From: a virus
Taxonomy: Duplodnaviria; Caudoviricetes
Length of the DNA stretch: 57,591 nt
IMG/VR virus record: IMGVR_UViG_3300042892_000963
Location: 1 to 57,591 of that record
Strand: one strand, 5' to 3'
The notes below the pieces were generated by a model. That model did no database searches and was not told the origin of the DNA. It saw only the letters and a program-made list of their open reading frames with translations. Position 1 is the stretch's first letter. Each line of letters begins with the position of its first letter. The position numbers and the translations under genes are program-made. Positions 30,078 through 39,493 of this stretch are shown piece after piece.

Positions 30078-30520
30078 AAACCGGATTTACCTGCTCAACG
30101 TTTGACCTGTTTCACGCAGGTCACATTATGATGCTCAAAGAAGCAAAAACACAATGCGATCATTTGATTGTAGGGTTACAAACTGATCCTACTATTGATC
30201 GGCCCGGTATTAAAAACAAACCAGTTCAAAGTGTGTTTGAACGCTACGAACAACTCAAGGCCTGTAAGTACATTGACGAAATCCTTGTCTATGAAACAGA
30301 AGACGACCTTGTAAACATCTTGCTTTCTTATCCTATTAATGTTAGAATACTAGGACAGGAATATGAAAACGAAGATTTCACAGGACGACGGGAATGTGTA
30401 GATCGCAGAATTGAATTTTATTTCAATAAACGTGAACATAACTTTTCAACCAGCGAACTACGACAACGTGTAATTGCTGCCGAAATTAATAAAGGACTAA
30501 CTAATGGAAGTTCAACCTAA
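30074..30520 (+). CDS. TagD-like cytidylyltransferase
   Basis: TFDLFHAGH (HxGH), LIVGLQTD, ER...L.ACKYID and FSTSELR. Confidence 0.85.
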   Translation: MKTGFTCSTFDLFHAGHIMMLKEAKTQCDHLIVGLQTDPTIDRPGIKNKPVQSVFERYEQLKACKYIDEILVYETEDDLVNILLSYPINVRILGQEYENEDFTGRRECVDRRIEFYFNKREHNFSTSELRQRVIAAEINKGLTNGSST

Positions 30521-30671
30521 AGATACAAGCAAGGGACATTTTTATGTCAGCATTGTAAAGAGTGCTGTTCGCATTGTAGCGGGTGGCTGTTTGATCACAG
30601 GCAATTTGCTGATGGCAGGTGTTTGTTTTATAATGGCAGAAGTATTAGGCATCATTGAGGAGCTGGTATGA
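30504..30671 (+). CDS. small membrane protein (not in ORF track)
   Basis: MEVQPKDTSKGHFYVSIVKS...AEVLGIIEELV, 55 aa, AAGGA RBS. Confidence 0.7.
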   Translation: MEVQPKDTSKGHFYVSIVKSAVRIVAGGCLITGNLLMAGVCFIMAEVLGIIEELV

Positions 30672-30859
30672 GGAATATTGCATTAGTCGATGCGGTAATC
30701 GCATTGCACGACATCGCACGAACTGTTGCTGAAGAAGTCGGACAGGGACAACTGCACGACGACATACGTAAGTGTGCTGATCGGTTACATGAGTTCTCGC
30801 TTATCGACAGTAAAAATAGTACAATAACACAAGACATTATCACAAAGGCAAAAGAATGA
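30668..30859 (+). CDS. hypothetical protein
   Basis: ATGA-coupled on both sides. Confidence 0.7.
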   Translation: MRNIALVDAVIALHDIARTVAEEVGQGQLHDDIRKCADRLHEFSLIDSKNSTITQDIITKAKE

Positions 30860-31779
30860 AAGAACTATGGGTTGAGAAGTACCGTCCTAAAAAGATGGAA
30901 GGGTATGTATGGCGCGATTCTGCGCAACGGAAACAGGTCGAAACATGGATTAAAGAAAAAAGTATTCCGCATCTGCTGTTGAGTGGTCCGCCAGGTATTG
31001 GTAAAACCACTATGGCTAAAATTTTAGTTAACGAAATTGAAATTGAAGATGCTGATGTACTAGAAGTAAACGCCAGTCGAGAAACAGGTATTGATTTCAT
31101 CCGTAACAAGATAGTTCCATTTATCAGCAGTATTGCTTGGGGTTCATTCAAGGTAGTACTGTTAGATGAAGCAGATCGTCTGAGTCCGCAGGCACAGGAT
31201 TCTTTGAAAGGTATCATAGAAGAATATTCAAACTACGCTAGATTTGTTCTAACCTGTAATAACCCTAATATGATTGTGCCCGCTCTGCACAGTCGCTGCC
31301 AGCAATGGCATTTCTCAAAACTTGATCAAACAGAGTTTACCGCTAGAGCAGCTACAGTGTTAGTTGAAGAAAACATTGAATTTGATTTAGAGACATTAGA
31401 TATGTATGTGTCGACTACATATCCGGATCTGCGTAAATGTTTGAATCTACTGCAACAGAATACCAACGATGCAAAACTACATAGTGCTACTAAGGAAGAT
31501 GCAGGATCTGCGGAGTGGAAATTTGACATGGTAGAGCTGTTCAGAGCAGGCAAAATACAAGAAGCACGTAAGATGCTATGTGGCAAGCTACGTTCAGAAG
31601 AGATGCAAGAAGTGTATGTGTGGCTCTACAACCATTTAGATATCTTTGGCTCAGAAGAAAATCAAGACAAAGCTCTGCATGTCATCAAGCAGGCTCTAGT
31701 AGATCACACATTGATTATTGATCCAGAAATTAATTTAGCATCTACTCTGGTGAAATTATCAAAGATTAATGCCGGATAA
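30856..31779 (+). CDS. clamp loader AAA+ subunit (RFC small / T4 gp44-like)
   Basis: LWVEKYRP, GPPGIGKT, LDEAD and SRC motifs. Confidence 0.92.
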   Translation: MKELWVEKYRPKKMEGYVWRDSAQRKQVETWIKEKSIPHLLLSGPPGIGKTTMAKILVNEIEIEDADVLEVNASRETGIDFIRNKIVPFISSIAWGSFKVVLLDEADRLSPQAQDSLKGIIEEYSNYARFVLTCNNPNMIVPALHSRCQQWHFSKLDQTEFTARAATVLVEENIEFDLETLDMYVSTTYPDLRKCLNLLQQNTNDAKLHSATKEDAGSAEWKFDMVELFRAGKIQEARKMLCGKLRSEEMQEVYVWLYNHLDIFGSEENQDKALHVIKQALVDHTLIIDPEINLASTLVKLSKINAG

Positions 31780-32248
31780 AAAATCTAATCTTGCTAAAGG
31801 CAGAAATAGTTTTGATGCTGAAATAGACGGCACACTGATACCGTTCTTTAATAGGAACGTATCAGAGTATCCCACGGAAGCAGGCGGTGTTAAGTTTGAT
31901 CTAGTTCCTGTTACCAAACAAAAAGATCTAATGATCAATCATGCTAGGATGTATGCCCAGCAAGAATACGATCGTATCATGGAATTAGTCGCTGTGTTGG
32001 AAGGGCAAGCACAGGCTATTAAACGTAGATTAGAAATCACAGACGCTGTTCACGCTGCGGTATATCAGTTTCAACCAGTAATGGGCAACGTCTATTGGTT
32101 GGCGTGGGACAAAAGAAAGCAGCACACATTATTAACTCAGAATGGGCCCAACGATTGGTCCAGCAGTGCTCCGGAAGATTATGAATACCAAGCTCAGGTA
32201 AAGTATATGGGCGACCACACCTGGATGGAAATCATCGATGAATCCTAA
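31769..32248 (+). CDS. hypothetical protein
   Basis: 159-aa packed ORF. Confidence 0.75.
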   Translation: MPDKKSNLAKGRNSFDAEIDGTLIPFFNRNVSEYPTEAGGVKFDLVPVTKQKDLMINHARMYAQQEYDRIMELVAVLEGQAQAIKRRLEITDAVHAAVYQFQPVMGNVYWLAWDKRKQHTLLTQNGPNDWSSSAPEDYEYQAQVKYMGDHTWMEIIDES

Positions 32249-33425
32249 GTATTGGATTATAAAACAGATTTTAGATCGCAAAGGTCCGGGATTTTGTTTA
32301 GAAAAATGGGGGACCAGTACTTTACATCTTAGCACAGGCCAAGAACACGGCTGTCACCATTGCGGTCCTGTAAAAATCGATCCTTCCGAATTAGAAAACC
32401 CAGCAGCGTTATTTAATCACAGCCATAAACAAACAGTTCGACAAGAAATGTTAGATGGCAAGATTCCACAAGAGTGTTCTTATTGTCATTTGTCAACAGG
32501 CATTCAGGATAGGATCATACAAAGTGGTTACACCTATAATTGGTTTAATCCGCATGCTAATTCAACCGTAAGTCATCCCCGATCATTAGAGGTTAGTTTT
32601 TCTACAGTGTGCAATCTTGCGTGTTCTTATTGCGGACCAACATTCAGTAGTAAGTGGCAATCAGAGATAGAAGTACAAGGGGAATATCCCAACGGCTATA
32701 ATAAAATACATATTAAGCCTATATTAGAAAGAGAACACAATCCGTATACAGAAGCGTTTTGGAAATACTGGAAAATTATTCATCCTAGTCTTAAACAACT
32801 TAGAATTACCGGAGGCGAGCCGCTGTTAAGTAAACATACGTTTACACTGATAGAAGAGGCTAAAAATATTCCGTTAACTATTAACACTAATTTAGCAGTT
32901 GATGATCATTTCATTGATAGATTCATCGATACTATACGGCATAAAAGAAATATCACAGTTGCGACCAGTGGAGAGGCACAAGGAAGTAAAGCTGAATATT
33001 CGAGGCACGGTCTTAAGTATAATCAATTCTTACGTAACCTTGCAAGGTTAAAAGAAGAATGCCCGCATGTAAAGTTACATATTATGAGCACCTATAATGT
33101 TTTATGTGTCAGCAGCTTTACTGATTTTTTAAAAGATGCAAAACAAGTTGATAATAAAATCTCGTTACATGTATCAAGACTAACACAGCCTAGCTTTCTT
33201 ACACACAAATTAATAACAGATTATAAAAAAGAAAGTTTAGAATATATTAAAAAAAACTTTTCAACAAACACCGTAAAAAGATTCGAGAATGTATTTTTTG
33301 ATGATACATATACTGATATGGTAAGTGAAAGAGATAAATTTAAATCATTTATCGCAGAATACGATAAACGAAGAGGATTAGATTTTTCAACAGTATTTCC
33401 AGAATATAAATTTTTAATTGAGTAA
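32238..33425 (+). CDS. radical SAM protein
   Basis: CNLACSYC (CxxxCxxC) and TGGEPLL; extra N-terminal Cys motifs (FC, GCHHC, ECSYC). Confidence 0.88.
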   Translation: MNPKYWIIKQILDRKGPGFCLEKWGTSTLHLSTGQEHGCHHCGPVKIDPSELENPAALFNHSHKQTVRQEMLDGKIPQECSYCHLSTGIQDRIIQSGYTYNWFNPHANSTVSHPRSLEVSFSTVCNLACSYCGPTFSSKWQSEIEVQGEYPNGYNKIHIKPILEREHNPYTEAFWKYWKIIHPSLKQLRITGGEPLLSKHTFTLIEEAKNIPLTINTNLAVDDHFIDRFIDTIRHKRNITVATSGEAQGSKAEYSRHGLKYNQFLRNLARLKEECPHVKLHIMSTYNVLCVSSFTDFLKDAKQVDNKISLHVSRLTQPSFLTHKLITDYKKESLEYIKKNFSTNTVKRFENVFFDDTYTDMVSERDKFKSFIAEYDKRRGLDFSTVFPEYKFLIE

Positions 33426-33429
33426 AATT

Positions 33430-33672
33430 ATGACAGCTAGATATATGCTTGTGAGTTATGTTCAAAAGCCAAACGGTAAATGGGATGAGCTAACTGAATT
33501 TAGAAATAATGTTAGAATGAAACACCTTCAGACCGCAAAGGTCGTTTTAGATTTTAAAGAGAAAAAATGTGTCAAGAATGGTCTTAATCCGGAAGCCGGA
33601 TTTGACGATATGTTAGAATTTTATAAAAGAGTACTAGGGGATCAACTGACCCCCTACCTCCCTAAAGATTAA
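33430..33672 (+). CDS. hypothetical protein
   Basis: Converges on phoH; start at 33418 (TTG) or 33430 (ATG). Confidence 0.65.
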   Translation: MTARYMLVSYVQKPNGKWDELTEFRNNVRMKHLQTAKVVLDFKEKKCVKNGLNPEAGFDDMLEFYKRVLGDQLTPYLPKD

Positions 33673-34409
33673 TCGTCGCCGTAGATTGCTAATATCTCCT
33701 TAACAGCTTCGTGACGTTCAACATCCTGCACATCAAATTTTACTAGATCCACATATCTGTGGCCCTGGAAGTTATTATACAATCCCAAAAATTCTAGTAA
33801 GCCATTGTTGCTAGGACGATCAGCCTGTTGTAGGTCTCCTGTAACTACCATCTTGCTGTTCTGTCCTAATCGTGTCAGCAGCATCTTCATCTGACTAGGT
33901 GTAGCATTCTGCATCTCATCAGCTACAACCACTGCGTTTTTAAAAGTTCTACCTCGCATATATGCCAAAGGACTGGTTTCTATCACTCCTTCTTTGATAA
34001 AATTTTCTATCTCTCTGGCGTTGAAATTTTCTGCGATTACATCAAATATTGGCTTGGTCCAAGGGGCCATTTTTTCATTTAGGTCCCCGGGCAAGAATCC
34101 GTGTTCTTCATCAACACTCACAGCAGGTCGAGTAATTATGATTTTATCTGCAGATCCGTACTTGAGTTGATCTATAGCCCACTGAACCGCCAGCATGGTT
34201 TTACCCGTACCGGCTGGACCGATAGCGAATACAATCATTTTATTGGGATCGTTTAGTTTAAGTAGATAAGTCTCTTGGCTTAGACTCTTGGGATAAATCT
34301 GTACTCTTCTGCGTTTTTCATTTAACCTATGATCAATATTTATTACGTTAGTTGGGAATCGTGGATCATATTGCTCTTTTTGCTGAACTTGCGCTCTTTT
34401 TCGCTTCAT
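33669..34409 (-). CDS. phoH: PhoH-family ATPase
   Basis: GPAGTGKT, TRPAV, GFLPGDL, YMRGRTF, DEMQN and TGDLQQAD; AGGAGG RBS. Confidence 0.95.
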   Translation of the reverse strand: MKRKRAQVQQKEQYDPRFPTNVINIDHRLNEKRRRVQIYPKSLSQETYLLKLNDPNKMIVFAIGPAGTGKTMLAVQWAIDQLKYGSADKIIITRPAVSVDEEHGFLPGDLNEKMAPWTKPIFDVIAENFNAREIENFIKEGVIETSPLAYMRGRTFKNAVVVADEMQNATPSQMKMLLTRLGQNSKMVVTGDLQQADRPSNNGLLEFLGLYNNFQGHRYVDLVKFDVQDVERHEAVKEILAIYGDD

Positions 34410-34430
34410 ATAAGGTTAGCCCTCCTGTAA

Positions 34431-34474
34431 GTGTTAGGCACGGACCTCAAACCGTAGTGTCCGTGTCCGAACAC
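34431..34474 (-). promoter_or_regulatory. 5'-UTR hairpin of phoH
   Basis: GTGTT..CACGGAC/GTCCGTG..AACAC inverted repeat between the minus-strand TAAATA (34480-34485) and the RBS. Confidence 0.55.
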
Positions 34475-34549
34475 ATGTGTATTTAACCCCTGGCTCTAAA
34501 AGTTATGTGTTATGTTTGTATTTTGACGATAAATACAAAGGGAGATAAT

Positions 34550-35089
34550 ATGGCAGACATTAAAGATATCATCAGCAATATTGAACAGATCTACGGGTCT
34601 AACAACAGTCTACAACTGCTCAAAGACTTTGAGCGTGTGTTGGACGAATTAGATGTGTATGTGTTTGATAGTTGGATCGACGGCGAGCTTGTAGAAGGAC
34701 CAAAAGAAAGCAGATACTATGTGGAATGCACATTTATGTGGCCGCAAGATCAGCTTCCGGAACCTGCAGGCGGAAAAAGACTGCTAGAATACGGCTGTAG
34801 GGTACAGGTAGCAGAAAGTAAAATCGCTACAGTTCGAAAGATTAAAACTCCCGATGATATACGACCCGGCACACGTAAGGGTAAAATTGATCACAAAGAC
34901 ATATGGATGATCAAGATCAGCATGCCTAAGAAACTGATGAGCGACATCAACAGAGGCTACACAGAATTAGATAAAAACAAGATTGAAGACATCGTTAATG
35001 CTAATATCATTAATGGTTCGATTGATCCAGCAGAACAACAAGCACAGGATATGGCAAATGCACAACCAGCAGAACAACCAGCAGCTTAA
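34550..35089 (+). CDS. hypothetical late protein
   Basis: TAAATA and GGAG upstream; start MADIKDII. Confidence 0.8.
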   Translation: MADIKDIISNIEQIYGSNNSLQLLKDFERVLDELDVYVFDSWIDGELVEGPKESRYYVECTFMWPQDQLPEPAGGKRLLEYGCRVQVAESKIATVRKIKTPDDIRPGTRKGKIDHKDIWMIKISMPKKLMSDINRGYTELDKNKIEDIVNANIINGSIDPAEQQAQDMANAQPAEQPAA

Positions 35090-35810
35090 CGAAGGGCTAA
35101 GAGCCACTGACCTAAAAGAGATGGTCCATGATGTATTTGAAGTTGATTCATTTAGATCAAAAATGGGCGAAGATCAAGATGTCTGCGTGGTCAGCTTCAA
35201 GGTCAAAGATCGATCTCCTGCAAAGGATCTCATGGAGTTCATCGAAAAGGGCTATGAGTTTGTACTAGATGCAGATGTCAGCAGTGGTGAGGACAACAAC
35301 GGCGAATATTCTGTATTTGTGGAAATTAGTAGAACACCTAAACTGGCTGAACACATCCAGGAACTAACCTATGGTGTTAAGAGACTCACAGGACTAGATG
35401 ACTTTAAATTCAAATACTACAAACAAACTCATGTGCATGAAGCCAACACAGACAACCTCAAGGCCAAGATTCCTTCAAGTGTTAATGAATACAAAGAGTT
35501 TGTAAATCGAAACAGAACTGAGGATGTGAAAAAGTTCTTCAGCAAGACATTAATGGATGATCTTAGTCTTGACGGCAACGTGATAACTATAGTTAAGCCG
35601 TTCGGTTCTCAAGTGCGATTAGAAATCGTTAAAGACGGTAACACAGAATCTATCTTAGAAGGCATCACAGATGGATACAGTGTGGATCAAGCAGCTACCA
35701 GCGAAGCATTTTGGCTCACAAAGGTGCTAGGAGACTACACTATAAACAAAGTAGGTGACACATTCGTGTTCAACAACGGCGAACGTTCGATGTTATTAAA
35801 AAGGATCTGA
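35058..35810 (+). CDS. hypothetical late protein
   Basis: Overlapping ORF starting MHNQQNNQQLNEGLR. Confidence 0.75.
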   Translation: MHNQQNNQQLNEGLRATDLKEMVHDVFEVDSFRSKMGEDQDVCVVSFKVKDRSPAKDLMEFIEKGYEFVLDADVSSGEDNNGEYSVFVEISRTPKLAEHIQELTYGVKRLTGLDDFKFKYYKQTHVHEANTDNLKAKIPSSVNEYKEFVNRNRTEDVKKFFSKTLMDDLSLDGNVITIVKPFGSQVRLEIVKDGNTESILEGITDGYSVDQAATSEAFWLTKVLGDYTINKVGDTFVFNNGERSMLLKRI

Positions 35811-35812
35811 TA

Positions 35813-36442
35813 ATGAGCTTTACATTTGATTTTACCAAAGCGCAGCTAAAAGAAATGCTGCCAAAGAATCCATATCTACAGAACTGGTATGATGCACTAG
35901 ATGCTATACTTCCAGAATATGATATCAATACACCGCAACGTGTAGCGGCCTTCTTGGCACAGTGCGCTCACGAAAGTGGTGGATTCGTGTTCCTTAAAGA
36001 AAATTTAAACTATAAAGCGGCCAGTCTTAGAAAAGTATTTCCCAAATACTTTCCAGACGATGCTATCGCAGCTGCCTACGCTAACAAGCCTGAAAAAATT
36101 GCCAACAGAGTTTATGCTAATCGTATGGGCAATGGCGCAGAAGAGTCGGGTGACGGATTTAAATACTGCGGTCGTGGACTTATCCAGTTAACTGGTAAAG
36201 ACAATTACACATTCTTTGCAGCCAGTATAGATGTGCCTGTTGAGGAAGCATCAGAATATCTGCAGACATTCGAAGGTGCTGTGCAAAGCGCCTGCTTCTT
36301 CTGGGATCAAAATAATCTCAACCAATGGGCAGATAAAGGTGACATTCTCACTCTAACTAAACGCATCAACGGTGGCACCATCGGCCTTGAGGATAGAATC
36401 AAACATTACGAACATGCTCTGCATATATTCGGAGCACACTAA
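35813..36442 (+). CDS. glycoside hydrolase family 19 endolysin
   Basis: AFLAQCAHESGG, ENLNY, YANRMGN, GRGLIQLTG and TKRINGG. Confidence 0.92.
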   Translation: MSFTFDFTKAQLKEMLPKNPYLQNWYDALDAILPEYDINTPQRVAAFLAQCAHESGGFVFLKENLNYKAASLRKVFPKYFPDDAIAAAYANKPEKIANRVYANRMGNGAEESGDGFKYCGRGLIQLTGKDNYTFFAASIDVPVEEASEYLQTFEGAVQSACFFWDQNNLNQWADKGDILTLTKRINGGTIGLEDRIKHYEHALHIFGAH

Positions 36443-36444
36443 CG

Positions 36445-37065
36445 ATGTGGCAGATTCAATGGATCTTGTCACTGATTCCAGATAGTTTCTTCCTTTGGAT
36501 TACGTATATTCTGATAGCCATAGGAGTTGGTCTATACGTAGTCAGCAAATTAGTTACATGGCTTCCGTTAATAGCTCAGTACAAGCTGCCTGCCGAGCTG
36601 TCGGGTGTGTTGCTGTTGGTAATAGGTAGTTTTTTATTCGGCAGTTATGGAACAGAGATGGCGTGGAGAGAACGTGTAGCTGAACTAGAAGCAAAAGTTA
36701 AAGTTGCTGAAGAAAAAAGTCAGCAGGTCAACACAGTGATACAAGAAAAAATAGTTACGAAAATTAAAGTCGTAAAGGAAAATGTTTATGTCAACAGAGA
36801 AATTATCAAAGAAGTTGCGGGCAAGCAACTTGATGCTCAGTGTACTTTGCCTAAGTCTACTGTCAGCTTGCACGACAGCGCCAGTCGTAATGAAGTGGCC
36901 GGAGGTGCCGAGTCAACTGATGGAGCCCCCAGCGGCATTGAAGCCAGTAGGCTCCTCGACCGAGTCGTCGAAAACTACGGAAGCTGCCACGAAAACGCAG
37001 AAAAATTAAAGATGTGGCAAGAGTGGTATAGAGAGCAGAAGAAAATCTTCGAAAGCGTTAAATAA
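36445..37065 (+). CDS. i-spanin (Rz-like)
   Basis: N-terminal TM segments, then coiled coil and Cys residues; follows the endolysin. Confidence 0.75.
   Translation: MWQIQWILSLIPDSFFLWITYILIAIGVGLYVVSKLVTWLPLIAQYKLPAELSGVLLLVIGSFLFGSYGTEMAWRERVAELEAKVKVAEEKSQQVNTVIQEKIVTKIKVVKENVYVNREIIKEVAGKQLDAQCTLPKSTVSLHDSASRNEVAGGAESTDGAPSGIEASRLLDRVVENYGSCHENAEKLKMWQEWYREQKKIFESVK
36788..37009 (+). CDS. embedded o-spanin lipoprotein (Rz1-like)
   Basis: +1 frame inside the i-spanin; AAGGA RBS, basic N-region, lipobox LSA-C, Pro-rich mature part. Confidence 0.7.
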   Translation: MSTEKLSKKLRASNLMLSVLCLSLLSACTTAPVVMKWPEVPSQLMEPPAALKPVGSSTESSKTTEAATKTQKN

Positions 37066-37089
37066 TAGGACATTAAGTAGGAGCGAGAA

Positions 37090-37653
37090 ATGGCATTGAT
37101 AGATTCAGTTTTAAATTTAATAAACAAACAACCCAAAGATCCGGACGCCCCTAAGCCTCCGGTGGGTTCACGTTCAGAGCGTGAAGCAAAATTAAAAGAC
37201 AAAGCGGGTATGGTTATTTCTATCTTTGCTTTGTTATTGGCAGTAAACGCATGGTACGGCGGCAAACTATCCAGCACAGTATTAAACAATACGCTAGGTG
37301 CTAACAATACATGGGCACAGTATCAAGCCAAAGCAGGTCGTGGTGTTAGCTACGAGATTGCGGCTAAGACCACTGCTGATCCAAAAGTCAAAGCAGAGTT
37401 CTTGGCTGAGAAAGAGCGCATGGATGTTGACAAGAAAGAAATTGCCGTTAAAGCAAGAGAAATGGAAGCCGCTCGTGAAGAAGCTAAAAAGTCTAGTCCA
37501 TGGATCGGTTATGCAAGTACAGCATATCAGTTAGCAATTGTTGTTCTATCTGCAAGTATTTTAGCAGTTAGTATGGCTATGTTCTGGGGAAGTTTTGCAG
37601 TAGCAGGATTTGGAATACTATTAAGTCTAAACGGCTTATTCTTGTGGTTCTAA
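37090..37653 (+). CDS. membrane protein (DUF4337-like)
   Basis: One N-terminal TM, NNTWAQYQAK, coiled coil, two C-terminal TMs. Confidence 0.65.
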   Translation: MALIDSVLNLINKQPKDPDAPKPPVGSRSEREAKLKDKAGMVISIFALLLAVNAWYGGKLSSTVLNNTLGANNTWAQYQAKAGRGVSYEIAAKTTADPKVKAEFLAEKERMDVDKKEIAVKAREMEAAREEAKKSSPWIGYASTAYQLAIVVLSASILAVSMAMFWGSFAVAGFGILLSLNGLFLWF

Positions 37654-37679
37654 AATAAAGACAAATAGGAGCGAAAACT

Positions 37680-38183
37680 ATGTCAGAAGAAGTTAAAAGC
37701 GCAAGCGAATCAAAAAAAGAAGATTGGATGAATAGTAAATGGCGTCCAATGATGGGATGGATGTACATGTTAGTCTGTATGTTTGACATGATTGTGTTTC
37801 CGGTGCTGTGGAGTCTATTACAGACCATGACACAGACTCCTATCACACAATGGAATCCGCTAACACTACAAGGTGCTGGACTATTCCACATCGCGATGGG
37901 CGCGGTACTTGGTATTGCAGCATTTGGTCGTACACAAGAAAAAATGGCAGGAGCAAACAATGGCGGAGCACAAACATCAACACCCACACCAGCGTTTAGC
38001 CCTGCACCAGCAGCACCGATTACAACAGGCTTTGGTAGTAATTCAGCAACTGGAACAGGAACGTTTGCAGCACCGGCAACAGGATTTGGTGCCAACAGCT
38101 TTGCCAGCGCACCTAAACCAACAACCGCAGTAAGTAGCTCAGGCAAACCAATGCCTATGCAACCAGACCAACCAGAACTATAA
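37680..38183 (+). CDS. holin-like protein (GTA 3TM family)
   Basis: KWRPMMGW and LGIAAFGRTQEK motifs; in the lysis cassette. Confidence 0.7.
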   Translation: MSEEVKSASESKKEDWMNSKWRPMMGWMYMLVCMFDMIVFPVLWSLLQTMTQTPITQWNPLTLQGAGLFHIAMGAVLGIAAFGRTQEKMAGANNGGAQTSTPTPAFSPAPAAPITTGFGSNSATGTGTFAAPATGFGANSFASAPKPTTAVSSSGKPMPMQPDQPEL

Positions 38184-38195
38184 AAGGAGCAGGAT

Positions 38196-38318
38196 ATGTT
38201 AGATACATTATTTTGGGTAGCAGTAGGAGCATTCGTAGGATGGAATTTTCCGCAGCCTTTCTGGGCAAAGATTATTCAAGAAAAAATTCAGGCTATGATA
38301 GCTAAGAAAGGAGCATAA
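38196..38318 (+). CDS. small membrane peptide (not in ORF track)
   Basis: MLDTLFWVAVGAFVGWNFPQPFWAK..., 40 aa, AAGGAG RBS. Confidence 0.7.
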   Translation: MLDTLFWVAVGAFVGWNFPQPFWAKIIQEKIQAMIAKKGA

Positions 38319-38319
38319 T

Positions 38320-38583
38320 ATGAAATTATTAACAACAGCAATTTTCGCAGGCATGATGGTTATTAGTACAGCAGCCTGTGCCAAAGAAGAACCAAAAAAA
38401 GCAACTCCGGTAGTAGCGGCTGAAGCCGATAAACCAAAGACTAAAAAAGTCTGTGTGGATCAGCAGGGCAAAGATGGCAAGCCTGTGATGGATGCCAAGA
38501 CCAAAAAACCGAAACAAAACTGCAAAGAAGTCAAAGTGCGTGAAAAGCATGAAGGTACCGCAGTACCTGAAAAGAAAAAATAA
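38320..38583 (+). CDS. small exported basic protein
   Basis: Signal peptide MKLLTTAIFAGMMVISTAACA; two further Cys; AAGGAG RBS. Confidence 0.75.
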   Translation: MKLLTTAIFAGMMVISTAACAKEEPKKATPVVAAEADKPKTKKVCVDQQGKDGKPVMDAKTKKPKQNCKEVKVREKHEGTAVPEKKK

Positions 38584-38607
38584 AGCTCAGTAAATTTCTA
38601 ATTAAAT

Positions 38608-38637
38608 AAAAGGACTGCTTGACACAGTCCTTTTTTT
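38608..38637 (+). terminator. intrinsic terminator of the lysis operon
   Basis: AAAAGGACTG-CTTGACA-CAGTCCTTTTTTT. Confidence 0.9.
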
Positions 38638-38647
38638 ATCATATACT
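38619..38647 (+). promoter_or_regulatory. sigma70-type promoter of dnaJ-clpA (leaderless)
   Basis: TTGACA(38619-38624, in the terminator loop)-17 bp-TATACT(38642-38647); ATG 6 nt later. Confidence 0.8.
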
Positions 38648-38653
38648 ATATAC

Positions 38654-39493
38654 ATGGACTACTACGCAACCTTAGGAATACAAAGAAACGCCAGCGATGC
38701 CGAAATAAAAAAGGCATATCGAAGCATGGCCATGAAGTATCACCCGGATCGAGGAGGTGATGAAAAGAAATTCAAAGAAATTTCTCAGGCATACGAATAT
38801 CTCAGCGATCCCCAGAAAAAACAAATCATAGACCTCGGAGGTGATCCCAATGCACAACAAGGTGCAGGAGGATTTGGTCAGAGCCCATTTGAGTTCCATT
38901 TCAACTCAGGAAATATGAATGACATATTTGGTAATTTTGGGTTTGGTGGGTTTGGTCGACAGCCGCAGCGCAGAAATAGATCACTCAACGTTAATGTAGA
39001 AATTACATTAGAAGATGTGCTTAATGGCAAGGATTTCACTGCGGAAGTTTCTATACCCGGCAGAAACAAAATGATCAACATTCAGATACCCCCGGGCATA
39101 GAACACGGTCAGCAGATTAGATATGAAGGAATGGGCGATGACTCAATACCTAGTCTCAAGCCAGGAGATCTGTTAGTAAACATCGTGGTCAGAGAACACA
39201 GCAGGTATCGTCGTGAAGGCACATCGCTGATTATAGATCGAGAAGTCAATGTATGGGATGCCATACTAGGCGCCAGCATTGATATTCAGACATTAGACAA
39301 TAAAACACTATCCATAAAATTACCGCCGGGTACACAGCCAGACACAGTACTCAGCTGCAAAGGTGAAGGCTTGCCTAACATGCGCACACGGCAGCGAGGT
39401 AATATGTTAATACGGATAAAAGTATCAATACCAAAGATACTAAATCCTGAACAAATTAATTTAATACAACAGATCAAACAAGGAAATATCTAA
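38654..39493 (+). CDS. dnaJ: DnaJ-class chaperone (type II/CbpA-like)
   Basis: J-domain with HPD, G/F-rich region and C-terminal domain; no Zn finger. Confidence 0.9.
   Translation: MDYYATLGIQRNASDAEIKKAYRSMAMKYHPDRGGDEKKFKEISQAYEYLSDPQKKQIIDLGGDPNAQQGAGGFGQSPFEFHFNSGNMNDIFGNFGFGGFGRQPQRRNRSLNVNVEITLEDVLNGKDFTAEVSIPGRNKMINIQIPPGIEHGQQIRYEGMGDDSIPSLKPGDLLVNIVVREHSRYRREGTSLIIDREVNVWDAILGASIDIQTLDNKTLSIKLPPGTQPDTVLSCKGEGLPNMRTRQRGNMLIRIKVSIPKILNPEQINLIQQIKQGNI

Noticed and set aside
36900-37065. Programmed frameshift joining the o-spanin N-terminus to the i-spanin C-terminus
   Set aside because: I saw no convincing slippery sequence, and an ordinary embedded Rz/Rz1 arrangement explains both frames.
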